Source: Octopus sinensis (taxonomy: Eukaryota). Taken from it: a DNA stretch of 64,000 nt. Location of the stretch: contig NC_043022.1 of assembly GCF_006345805.1 (NCBI RefSeq), positions 6,758,001 to 6,822,000 of the forward strand. The letters are read 5' to 3'. This document shows, in pieces, positions 49,720-62,241 of the stretch (the first letter of the stretch is position 1; the number at the start of each line of letters is the position of its first letter). The notes under the pieces were generated by a model. It worked only from the letters and a program-made list of their open reading frames with translations. It ran no database searches and was not told the DNA's origin. A program made the translations under genes and the position numbers.

Positions 49720-50579
49720 CAGAGCGTGATGGGTAAATTGTTGCCATTTTATATTTTCAATTTTGTGCATGCTAATTATTTTTGACTTTGTCATCTACAC
49801 AGTATAGTAGGGTCAGTTGGGCACCGTCTGTGAGAAAAACAGCTCCAAGACACAATTCACTCATGCCCAGAAATTTGGAAACCACATGCTGTACTGCTTG
49901 GCATTCACGCAGGAAGCTCTAATACAAACATTACAGAGTGTTTGGGTGTCAGTCTGAGGACATGTACCAAGAGAGATAAAAATCAAACATCATGGTGTTT
50001 GGAGTGATCACTAGTGAAGGCGACTTTATGGCTCCATTCATCTTCCCACACAGCCTCAGCCTCAACACGGAGGCCTACATCAAGTGCCTGGAGGAGGTTG
50101 TACTGCCCTGGGCCAAGAGGGTGGCTGCTGGAAGACCCTATGTCTGGCAACAGGAATCTGCACCGTGCCACACAAGCAGGAGAACCCAGTCATGGATGTC
50201 AGACAATTTCTGCGACCACATCACCCCTAACATCTGGCCACTTAACTCCCCAGACTGTAACCTCCTTGATTATTATGTGTGGGACACAACTGAGTGAGAG
50301 ACCAACAAAACTCCTTGTAACACCAAAGATGAACTGAAGGCAAGGATTATGGCAGCATTCGCCCACTTAAACACAGAGACCGTCCAGAAGAGTTGTAGGA
50401 GATTCTGAAGTCGTTTGGAGGCTGTGGTTGAAGCCAATGGCGATTTTATTGAATAAATTTACTCTTTAGTACTTCAAGATATTTTTACGTAATTTTGGTA
50501 AAAATATTTGTTAAAATGAGATGTCAGTGTTATTTTCATTTTTGCATAATTTAGACAACACTTTATTCACCGTACCCTG
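49720..50579 (+). mobile_element. Internally deleted Tc1/mariner element, DD37D (maT-like) transposase relic
   Basis: VWQQ[E]SAPCH...WPLNSPDCNLLDYYVW has 37 residues between the last two catalytic positions. Imperfect ~26-bp TIRs; TA at the left end. Confidence 0.8.
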
Positions 50580-51055
50580 TGTATGTATGTATGTGTGTGT
50601 ATATGTATGAGGGGGAGAGAGTGTGTGTGTGCATGTTTGTCTCAACATCTGACATACCTATTTCTTTATTACCCACAAGGGGCTAAACACAGAGGGGACA
50701 AACAAGGACAGACATAGGTATTAAGTCGATTACATCGACCCCAGTGCGTAACTGGTACTTAATTTATCGACCCCGAAAGGATGAAAGGCAAAGTCGACCT
50801 CGGCGGAATTTGAACTCATCACCACCATCGTGTTTGTCTTTCTTCTCCACTGCTTGCATGGGTCAGACAATTTGGAAACAAGAGACTTTATTTGTATAAG
50901 AGAAAAGCCTGTTTTGGACTTACGACATTGACATTTTCGTATGATAACAATATGTAATGTGTGTGTGAAAGTGAAAAGCATGGACATCAAAATATTAACT
51001 ATTTATTGAATTATACACTGTAGTTCATGTATTGAATTACATTTTAATGTGTTCA

Positions 51056-51095
<40 letters not shown>

Positions 51096-51285
51096 TACAT
51101 ACATACATATGCACACACACACACACACACAACCTATCAAAGCTGTTCTCTGGTTGTCGAGTAGAACTGGGGAAAGAGAGTATTTACAGATGCAAGAGGG
51201 AGATAAAAGAGTTGCCTTGGTGCCAAAGTATGGAGATATCTTGCCCCGAGTGGTTGGTGAATGTGTGCGACTCTACAGGATGCTT

Positions 51286-51334
<49 letters not shown>

Positions 51335-53222
51335 GTTGGTCACTAATTCTTGACAGCCTTCACTGTATACAAACACTTTACCAGAGACGTGGAGGAATTT
51401 ATACTGCCCCCCCACCCCACCCCCGTTTTCTGCTCCCCGCTTCATCATCACCATTGCTGACACAGCCGACAGCATTTCTCCTCTATCCATTAATTTCAAG
51501 GTAGGGGTTTAGTTGATTAGGTGGACCCCAATGTGCAACTGGTACTTATTTTAAAAGGCGGCGAGCTGGCAGAAACGTTAGCACGCCGGGCGAAATGCGT
51601 AGCCGTATTTCGTCTGCCGTTACGTTCTGAGTTCAAATTCCGCCGAGGTCGACTTTGCCTTTCATCCTTTCGGGGGTCGATAAATTAAGTACCAGTTACG
51701 CACTGGGGTCGATGTAATCGACTTAATCCCTTTGTCTGTCATTGTTTGTCCCCTCTGTGTTTAGCCCCTTGTGGGTAGTAAAGAAATAGGTACTTATTTT
51801 ATGACCCCGAAAGATTGAAAGACAAAAGTTGACCTCAGCAAAATTTGAACTCTGGACACGACATTTGAAATGTCATTAAGCATTTTGCCCAATGTGTGCT
51901 AACGAGTGTACTACCTCCTCTACACCACAATTATTGCCCACATTGCAATACTGTGCTAGAACCCTGCTCACACCACCACCACCACCACCACACTCTACTT
52001 TCCTCCTCCGTTTCTGCTGCTGATCAAAACTCCATCAGTCTTCCATTGTTTTAACAGCATCAGCAATGGAGCACTTAGCTGTATGTTTGTATGGCTGAAG
52101 GTGACCAGAGAATCTCAGATTTCCCCATTTCCATTCCACCTTCTCTGTGCCCTTAAAAATAAGGAAGCTACACAGACGTTTGTGATGCCATGGCCACCAC
52201 AACCAAAGATTCTACCATCTGTTTCTGGTGCCCCCCCCCCCAAAAAAAGTTCAAGTCTTGCATTGTTCTTGGATTATTGTGATTTGGGGTGGGGGTGTTG
52301 ATGTGAGGGCTGCATTGGACAACCTGTCCTTGGTGTAGGGCAGTAATGATGAGGGCCAAAGATGTAATGGCGAGCGGGGACAAGGGTGATGCATGTCTTT
52401 GACAATGCTGTGAATTCTTGGGCATGCCCCTTCCAGCCAGATCAGGTCCAACTCTGCCAACCCCCTTTGCTTGCGAAGACATGTTGGGGCAAGCGAAATC
52501 AAAATCAAATTGAACCAGCCAGGATCCCTGGTCTGGTGGTACGTAAAAAGCTCTATCCGACTCGTGGCCGATGCCAGCGCTGCCTCGACTGGCTTCCGTG
52601 CTGGTGGCACATAAAATACACCAATCCGACAGTGGCCGTTGCCAGCCTCGCCTGGCACCTAAAAAGCACCCACTACACTCACGGAGTGGTTGGTGTTAGG
52701 AAGGGCATCAAGCTGTAGAAACATTGCCAGATAAGACTGGAGCCTGGTGCAGCCTTCTGGCTTCCCAGATCCCCGGTCGAACCGTCCAACCCATGCTAGC
52801 ATGGAGAATGGACGTTAAACGATGATGATGATGATGAGATAATGTATAATTAATTAAAATCAATGTGAATAAATAAGCATTGCATTTGACAGAAGAATCT
52901 GAATGCTTAAGGGTCAACTCAACCCTATCTGGCTCATCTATTCATCTTGTTTTATCCTTAAACTGGCCAGATTTGACCTCTCACACCTCTACAATGTCAT
53001 TCTAAAAATAACCAACTACATCAGCGAAATCACAAAGCTGTGAGATAATCCATGATTAACTGAAAACTGTGAATAAATAAGGATTATATTTGACTAATTT
53101 GAATGTTAGGTGATTAAACCTGCAAAGACTTCTCAGGGATCTCTTTCTGTCCCTTGAAATTTGACCAAAAATGGTTGTGTCGTTCCCTTCCACTTGGCCC
53201 AAAAGTGCAGTGTTTACATTTA

Positions 53223-53584
53223 TCTCTCTCTATATAAACGGCAGTTTGTCTGTCTGTGTGGCTGTCAGGTTGTACCCTCACCCTGACCACGGCTTTCAAC
53301 CGATTCTGATGAAACTTGACACACACATAGCCCAATGTCATAATTCAAAACTAACGCAGCGAAAATTTTGAAAAGTTCCCCCAGTTCTGAAAAAAATCGA
53401 TAAATTCGACATGGGGTCGAGAATCAGAAACACAAACCACAGACTGTCTAGGGGACGCAACACAACCTTTTTAACTCAAAAAAAAATTTACCATCATTTT
53501 TTTGCTATTTTTTGGCTATAACTCTAAAAATGCTTTATAGTTATTTCCCTTACAAACCCGAGCAACGGCGGGCGATACTGCTAG
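53223..53584 (+). mobile_element. Non-autonomous Helitron, variant A-X
   Basis: A|TC...CTAG|T termini; family sequence. Confidence 0.85.
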
Positions 53585-55038
53585 TTTGGTGATAAACGTC
53601 TGAAGAACATCACCGAGAGTTTGAATTGTATTGGCTGCCCTCATTTTGGTTTAGCTGGTCTGAGGATGGTACCCTGTTACCTGCAATCAGTTCATGGAGT
53701 CCCAGGTGGGAACAGGGTGCCAGTGACAAATGAGCTGTCTTGAAAAGGGGTTGCTGGACCCTTACTGAAGGGTCTGCTCCTTCCCTAACAACCTTGTACC
53801 TCTTGCACTACATTATGTAAATGGAAGCTCTGTAAGGTTTCTGTGTGCTAGAAATAGCAGCCAAATTTATCTTGAATCCCATGCAAAGCAAACATTTTTA
53901 AAAACCCCACTGCCCCGCCCCATCCCTGCCCATGCAGAATATAATGCTAAAAGAGACCTTTTGAATCCTTGTGTACATTATAGCTGAGACCTGATGGTCA
54001 TGGATTGACTGTCTTTGATCATAAGTCTGCTCAGAACTAAACAAGCCTCTGCATGGTCTCTTGGCCCATTAGAAATAGCAGCTAAATCTCCCTCATCCTA
54101 ATGTCTTGGCAAAAAAAGACACACTGGAAAATATGGTGAGTCAGGTATTAATATAGAACATCCAGAGGTGGATGGGGTATCGCAGCAGAGCGATAAAAAA
54201 TGGGGCGGAGTTTAGGCAGCCATATTGAAGTGGAAGGCACAATGGCCCAGTGGATAGGGCAGCGGACTCTCGGTCGTAGGATCGCGGTTTCGATTCCCAG
54301 ACCGGGCGTTGTGAGTGTTTATTGAGTGAAAACACCTAAAGCTCCACGAGGCTCCGGTAGGGGATGGTGGTGATCCCTGCTGTACTCTTTCACCACAACT
54401 TTCTCTCACTCTTACTTCCTGTTTCTGTTGTACCTGTATTTCAAAGGACCGGCCTTGTCACTCTCTGTGTCACGCTGAATATCCCCGAGAACTACGTTAA
54501 GGGTACACGTGTCTGTGGAGTGCTCAGCCACTTACACGTTAATTTCGCGAGCAGGCTGTTCCGTTGATTCGGATCAACCGGAACCCTCGTCGTCGTAACC
54601 GACGGAGTGCTTCGAATTTAAGTAGAAGGAATATGGTTGATGTGGGTGAAGTTTTATGTTGGGATGGTCACAACAGGAGCTCCTTTCATGATCTGCCTAA
54701 ATCTCCTTTGAATCACTCTTTAAATGGATGCATTGGATGATGTAGTCTTAGGTACATTATGCCTAGATATGGTTGGAACATGTTTGATCCTCATCTTGTT
54801 TACTGGGTGAAGGTTGACCTGGGGTTAAACAACAATTTCAGTTTTGGTTATTTTTATTTCTTGGGAAGATTTGCTTTTTGTTCTTTGTGTACAAGTCTAC
54901 CTTAAGATATAAGAGGCTGCGCGCGTGTGTATGCATGCATGGCTGTATGATTGTGTGTGTATGAATGTGTGTGTGTATATGTATAACGATTATATGTACA
55001 TGGATGTATGATTGTGTATGTGTGTATGATTTCTGTGA

Positions 55039-55425
55039 TGGAGGCGCAATGGCCCAGTGGTTAGGGTGGCAGACTCACGGTCGTAGGATCGCGGTTTCGA
55101 TTCCCAGACTGGGCATTGTGAGTGTTTATTGAGCGAAAACACCTAAAGCTCCACAATGCTCCGGCAGGGGATGGTGGTGATCCCTGCTGTACTCTTTCAC
55201 CACAACTTTCTCTCACTCTTTCTTCCTGTTTCTGTTGTACCTGTATTTCAAAGGGCCGGCTTGTCACTCTCTGTGTCACGCTGAATCTCCTCGAGAACTA
55301 CGTTAAGGGTACACGTGTCTGTGGAGTGCTCAGCCACTTGCATGTTAATTCCACAAGCAAGCTGTTCCATTGATCGTATCAGCTGGGACCCTCATCGTCG
55401 TAACCGACGGAGTGCTCCTATCCTA
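55039..55425 (+). mobile_element. tRNA-head SINE family C (other copies 32370-32728 -, 54232-54613 +, 63562-63945 -)
   Basis: A box TGGCCCAGTGG, B box GGTTTCGATTCCC. TSDs: tatgatttctgtga (55025/55426), attttcaaaat (32359/32729), tacatatatgt (63551/63946). Confidence 0.85.
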
Positions 55426-55554
55426 TATGATTTCTGTGAGTTTATTGTGTGTGCGCACGCATGTGTGTATGATCATGTGTGCCTATGTATGCATGCATGT
55501 GTGAATGTGCATGCATGTTCTGCTAGGTAATAGGTAAAAGAAAGATTGGAATAT

Positions 55555-55588
<34 letters not shown>

Positions 55589-55793
55589 AAATCATATTGC
55601 TTTTGAGAGGTTTACATGTTTTAGTCATAGAACTGCAGGCATGCTGGGACACAACCTTGATAGGTTTTGCTAAACAAGTCAACCCCAGTATTTTTGTAGA
55701 GCCTGGTATTTATTCTGCCTAAGTTACAGAGATGTAAATAAACCAACAGTGGTTGTCGAGTATTGGTGGAGAGGGTAGAAACACACACACACA

Positions 55794-55824
<31 letters not shown>

Positions 55825-57728
55825 AGCGATGGGCTTTCACACATTTTCCATCTACCAAATTCACTCACAAGGCTTTGGTCTGCTCAGAGCAATAAAAGGA
55901 GACACTTATTCAAGGTCCTGCACAATGGAACTGAACCCGAAACCATATGCTAGGAAAGCAAACAACTAAACCACACAGCCATGCCTGCCCCTGGTTTCTG
56001 GACGTTATTCCAACATTGAGGTCCAATGGTAATACTAGAAGAAATTAACAAATTAGACTGGAGTAATGTGAAATGAAGAGTTTTGCTCTGGAGCACAATG
56101 CCCTGCTGATCAGGGAATCAAAATCATGATTGTGACTGCAACACCCTAACCATTAATGTAAGTATATATGCACGTGTGTGTGTATATACTAATATGTAAA
56201 TAATTATTTCTTTACTACCCACAAGGGGCTAAACAACAATGTTGTTGACAGGGCTATTAGTCCGGACCCCCCTCCCCCACCGTCGGTTTCCAGGTAAATC
56301 AACAATCTGGTGAGGGTTTAAATAAGAGGTTTACAGTCTCATCACGTGAACCCCCTTCCCACATACACACCTAAACACCTCCTCATAAAGCCCCCCCACA
56401 CCCTCACTTACCTTGCCCCTTGTCCCTCCACACAAGTCACAAGACGTGACTCACAGAAATGGTCACAAAATCTTAAGACAAAACATCTTTTGGTCTTTTT
56501 ATTCAGGGAAGCAAAATATAAAAGAAAGGACAGCAATTACCTTCTTTCTATCCCCCTCCGCTCCCCCTATTGCTGTCCCCTTTTTTTTTTTTACCTTTTG
56601 TTAATTGTTCCCACCTTTTGTTGTTTAACCCCAGGTCAAGCGAAGCTAATCATTTAAGGTATTCAAACCATTTAGGAGTGTTTTTTTCTCTTTACCAAAG
56701 CACAATGGATCTCCGACTACATCATCCAACACGTCTTCTTTTTATCAAAGACAGCCAATATCTGATTCAAAAGAATTTTGGCTGTTATTTTTAGTGAATC
56801 AAGCAACTACATAGTGGTTTCTTGGTCAATGTTTTTGTTTTTTTAGAAATTGTTGCTTATAAGGCGCAGGAGTGGCTGTGTGGTAAGTAGCTTGTTTACC
56901 AACCACATGGTTCCGGGTTCAGTCCCACTGCGTGGCACCTTGGGCAAGTGTCTTCTACTATAGCCTCGGGCCGACCAAAGCCTTGTGAGTGGATTTGGTA
57001 GACGGAAACTGAAAGAAGCCCGTCGTATATATGTATATATATATATATATGCGTGTGTGTGTTTGTGTGTCTGTGTTTGTCCCCCTAGCATTGCTTGACA
57101 ACCGATGTTGGTGTGTTTATGTCCCCGTTACTTAGCGGTTCAGCAAAAGAGACCGATAGAATAAGTACTGGGCTTACAAAAGAATAAGTCCCGGGGTCGA
57201 GTTGCTCGATTAAAGGTGGTGCTCCAGCATGGCCGCAGTCAAAATGACTGAAACAAGTAAAAGAGTAAAGAGAGTATCCCCAGATTATAACTAAGTTGTT
57301 GTGGGTGTGGGGTATGAGAATGAAAAATATTCCAACCGTGACCATCCCATCTTTTTTTTCTTCCTCATTTTGGAACTCTGCAGCGCATTCTTCAGTGTTT
57401 GTTCCTTGTTGTTGATGTCATTATTACTAATGGTAAATAGTGTTGTGGTTTTTTTATCTCCTGCTTTTCATATTTTGGTGACACGGGGGTGGAAGAGAAT
57501 GACAGAAATGGTGGGGATGGTCCTTTTGTGATTGCTTTAATAACAGACTTCTTTCACCTGACTTTCTTTGGGTCAACTTCTCAGCTAAACATAAGCAATG
57601 CCTGCAGCCATCAAATGACGAGACGTATTAAAAACTATTTTTGAAATGATGAATGAAAGGAGCAGCACTTTTCTCATCCTACGATATCAGGTGATATTAA
57701 TATATTTGTGCACCAGATAATATCACTA

Positions 57729-58178
57729 TAATATAATAATAATGATAATAATGAAATTATTGTATACAGTGCTCAGATGCACCACAACTTGTCAGAAAGT
57801 GCATATAAAGTACATGCAGTAATGTAGAAATGTCTGGAAAGCGAACAATGTATGAGTCAGATACATGCTTGTGTGTGTATGGAGGGGAGAAAATCAAGTG
57901 TAGTGTTGGTGAATCTCAGGAAGCATGGAAGTTTTGAAGGATGCAGTGCTCCGACAACTAACAACCGATGCCGGCAGTTTGTTCCATGCTTCAGCAACTC
58001 TCAGCGTGAAAAAATGTTTCCTGAAGTCATGGAAGGAGCTGTGCTGTTTTCTGACTTTGTAAATATGTCCACGGGTGTTAGATGGGTGGAGTTTGAAGAG
58101 GTGCTCAGAGTTATTGTTTGTGCGATGGTTGATAATTTTATGGGTGTCTGCCAAGTCAGCTGCCAGACGTCGGAGTTT
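57729..58178 (-). mobile_element. 3' fragment of the second CR1-like family (copy 2)
   Basis: LADTHKIIN...TRGHIYKVRKQ...FFTLRVAEAWNKLP; homologous to 18381-18762. Confidence 0.8.
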
Positions 58179-58667
58179 CAATTTCTACAATAATATACGA
58201 AATATTTGGTGACATTAATATATTTAACTATAATAAATATGTTAGGATACCAGATGGGATTGAAAGAAGACCGTGAATATATCAAATGATAGATATTTCT
58301 CTAACTGGTATTCTGTCGGTTACCATGACGAGGGTTCCATTTGATTCCATCGACGGAACGGCCTGCTTGTGGTATTTGTATGCAAGTGGCTGATGCACAA
58401 ACCCTTGATGTAGCTATTTCTCAGGGATTCAATGTGACTGGCTCCTTTGAAATTACAGGTACAACTCATTTTTACCAGCCTTGTGGACTGGAGCAACGAG
58501 AAATAGTGTCTTGCTCAGGGACACAGCACACTGCTGGGGATCGAACTTACAACTTTAAGATCTTTAGCTAAATGCTCAAACCACTAAGCCACGTACCTTT
58601 ACGCACTTTTCCATACAGCAGTACGTTAATGTACCTGATGATATTTCTGCAATAATTGACTAAAATA

Positions 58668-59255
58668 TCATCATCATCATCATCGTTTAATGTCCGCTTT
58701 CCATGCTAGCATGGGTTGGACGGTTCAACTGGGGTCTGGGGAGCCCGAAGGCTGCACCAGGCCAGTCAGATCTGGCAGTGTTTCTACAGCTGGATGCCCT
58801 TCCTAACGCCAACCACTCCGAGAGTGTAGTGGGTGATTTTATGTGCCACCGACACAGGTGCCAGACGAGGCTGGCGAACAGCCACGCTCGGATGGTGTTT
58901 TTTATGTGCCACCGACACAGGTGCCAGACGAGGCTGGCAGACGGCCACGCTCGAATGGTGTTTTTTATGTGCCACCGACACAGGTGCCAGACGAGGCTGG
59001 CAGACGGCCACGCTCGGATGGTGTTTTTTATGTGCCACCGACACAGGTGCCAGACGAGGCTGGCGAACAGCCACGCTCGGATGGTGTTTTTTATGTGCCA
59101 CCGACACAGGTGCCAGACGAGGCTGGCAGACGGCCACGCTCGAATGGTGTTTTTTATGTGCCACCGACACAGGTGCCAGACGAGGCTGGCAGACGGCCAC
59201 GCTCGAATGGTGTTTTTTATGTGCCACCGACACAGGTGCCAGACGAGGCTGGCAG
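58668..59255 (-). mobile_element. (GAT)n-tailed retroelement 3' end with an internal 63-bp tandem array, probably an RTE 3' UTR or RTE-dependent SINE (copies 3463-3733 -, 20783-21192 -, 25030-25437 +, 37520-37862 -, 40604-41110 -, 48750-48983 +, 52395-52835 +)
   Basis: Shared ggttggcgttaggaagggcatccagc...ggacgttaaacgatgatgat terminus; variable number of ~60-63-bp units. Confidence 0.75.
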
Positions 59256-61222
59256 GTGATGTTAATATATTTGAATACAATAAATGTGCTTTTGGATATC
59301 AGGTGAGACTCCTACAACACTATGACATCAGATGATATCATCATCATTTTACATCCACCTTCCATGCTGGTATGGGTTGGACGGTTTGAAAGGAGCCTGC
59401 GCCAGACTTCTGTGTCTGTTTTTGGCAGGGTTTTTACAGCTGGATGCCTTTCCTGATGCCAGCCACTTTACAGCATGAACTGAGTGGTCCTGTACATGGC
59501 ACCAGCACAGGTAAGGTCTGTTTTGGTAGGGTTTTTTTATGGCTGGATGCCCTTCCAAACGCCAACTGGATACTTTTTGTGTGGCATCGGCTCTGTCAGG
59601 GTCACATGATAATATCCATTGTACCAGGCAACTGGTATCAACTGATATATTCGAATGTGATACAACAGTTAAAGGTGGTGAGCTGGCAGAATCGTTAGCA
59701 GGTAAAATGCTAAGTGGCATTTTTTTCCCTTCTTTATATTCTGAGTTTAAGTTCCACTGAGGGTGAAGTTGACTTCACCTTTCATCCTTTCAGGGTCAAT
59801 AAAATGAGTACCAGTTACATACTGAGGTTGATATAATTGACTTATACCCCATCTCTGGACTGGCCTTGTACCATAATGCAAAGCTAATGTTTTGATTAAA
59901 ACAGCAAACTGGCAGAAGTGGGTCTTTACGTTCTGAGTTCAAATTCTGCTGAGGTTGACTTTATCTTTCATCCTTTCGGGGTTGATAAAATAAGTACCAG
60001 CTACATACTGGGGGTTTATGTAATCGACTTATTCCCCCCACCCAACAAGTTCCAAAATTGCTGGCCTTATGTTAATATGAAACAACAATGTGATATTTTA
60101 GAGTATTGGAGGATATCCAAATAAAGATAAGTTAAGTTACAGGGAAGTAAATAAACCAACACTGGTTGCCAAGCAGTGACAGGCACACATGCATATATGA
60201 CCAGGTTCTTTCAGTTTTTGTCTACCAAATCCACTGACAAGGCTTTGGTCAGCCCAGGGCTATACTAGAAGACATTTGCCCAAGATACTTCTTGTGATAT
60301 TTTAGAGTATTGGAGGATATCCGAATAAAGATATAAGATCTAGCATGACGTACAATATACCATTCAATGATATCAGGTGACATTGAGTGATACAATGACA
60401 TACAAGACTGGTTGACTCCGGTTAATTGCACACTCTTGTAATTACTCTGTAATTAACTGAGTTTTGTGTAATTAGTGGATAGATTCTGTAAGTTTGATAT
60501 TTTATTGTATTAAGTATTAAGCTATGTCGCATTTGTCGTGATTAAAGAATAAACCTATTTCTTTATTACCCACAAGGGGCTAAACATAGAGGGGACAAAC
60601 AAGGACAGACATAGGTATTAAGTCGATTACATCAACCCCAGTGCGTAACTGGTACTTAATTTATCGACCCCGAAAGGATAAAAGGCAAAGTCGACCTCGG
60701 CAGAATTTGAACTCTGAACGTAACGGCAGATGAAATACCGCTAAGCAGTTCGCCCGGTGTGCTAACGTTTCTGCCAGCTCGCCGCCTTTTTATTAAAGAA
60801 TAAACCGTTTATTTATTTTTTTCACCATTCTTCCAGTTTGATGTCAACATGGCTCTAGTTCCTCTCAGTCCAAACTAGTTTTGTCATTGATATCATATAT
60901 TTGTTTCAGGTACTAGACTATTGCCATGCTGGGGCACCACCTTGAAAAGTTTTTAGTCAAACAAATTGACCCCCAGGACTTTTCATTTTGCTGTTGTAAA
61001 CCTAGTACTTATTCTGTTGATCTCTTTTGCCAAACCGTTAAGTTACAGGGAAGTAAATAAACCAACACTGGTTGCCAAGCAATGACAGGCACACACGCAT
61101 ATATGACCAGGTTCTTTCAGTTTTTGTCTACCAAATCCACTGACAAGGCTTTGGTCAGCCCAGGGCTATACTAGAAGACATTTGCCCAAGATACTTCATG
61201 GTGGGACTGAGCCTGGAACCAT

Positions 61223-62241
61223 GTGGATATAGCTTCACATGGTATAGAAGACAACTGGAGATTCCTACAGGACAACCTGCTAAGGGCCACCGACCAGATC
61301 TGTGGCTGGTGCAAAGTCCCCTCCCGACCCAAAATAACGTGGTGGTGGAACAATATTGTTGACAGGGCTATTAGACAAAAGAAACAGGCTTGGAAGGACT
61401 GGAAGAATGGTGGTAGCAGGGAATTGTATCAGACTGCTAAAAGGGAAGCTAGGAGACAGGTCTATTTAGCCAGAGGGGAAGCAGATAAGAAAAAATTTGC
61501 CAATTTTCTGCGCCGTGAGGACCAAAGACTTGAGGTGTTTCATGTTGCAAGACAGTGTGTGAGAGAGAATCGTGATGTGGTAGGAGAGAAATGTGTTTGC
61601 ATGGATGATGGTTCACTTGCGCTAAATGAGGATGCAAAGAGAGAGGTTTGGAGACACCACTATGAAAGGTTGCTGAATAAAGAAAATGAATGGGATAAAG
61701 CGAGTCTGCCGAATGTTGACCCAACAGAGGGACCAGCTATCCGAGTTGACAGTTCTTTGGTAGTTAAGGCAATTAGAAGCATGAAGACAGGGAAAGCCAC
61801 AGGCCCATCAGGAATCACTGCAGAGATGCTCAAAATGTCTGGTAGTGTCGGCTATAGCCTAGTCACCCGTATAGTTAATCAGGTGATACACAAAGGAGTC
61901 ATACCCAATGACTGGTGTAGCAGCATAATAGTCAACTGCTACAAAGGTAAAGGTGACGCCCTAGATACAAATAACTACAGGGGTATCAAGCTGTTTGATC
62001 AGGTAATGAAGGTTACGGAGAGGGTCATAGCCCAACTAATTAGAGAGAAAGTTAGCTTAGATGAGATGCAGTTTGGGTCCATGCCAGGGAAGAGTACCAC
62101 TGATGCTATATTCCTGGTAAGACAGCTGCTGGAGAAATACCTAGCCAAAGATAAGCCCTTGTACCTGGCTTTTGTTGACATGGAGAAAGCCTTCGACAGG
62201 GTCCCTGATTCCTTATCTGGTGGTCAATGAGGAAACTAGGA
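61223..62241 (+). mobile_element. RTE-clade LINE internal fragment (EN-RT linker and N-terminal RT)
   Basis: TWWWN...KATGPSGI...YKGKGD...NYRGIKL...QFG...STTDAIF...FVDMEKAFDRVP. A frameshift near 62205 continues as WWSMRKLG. Both ends are missing. Confidence 0.88.

Noticed and set aside
55039-55115. tRNA-like sequence with A and B boxes (also other SINE heads)
   Set aside because: No acceptor-stem pairing or cloverleaf; it continues into a multi-copy SINE body with TSDs.
58703-59335. Repeat array and long repetitive ORFs resembling a CRISPR array or repeat protein
   Set aside because: Units are contiguous with no unique spacers, there are no cas genes, and the context is eukaryotic. ORFs are open in several frames only because the unit is 63 bp.
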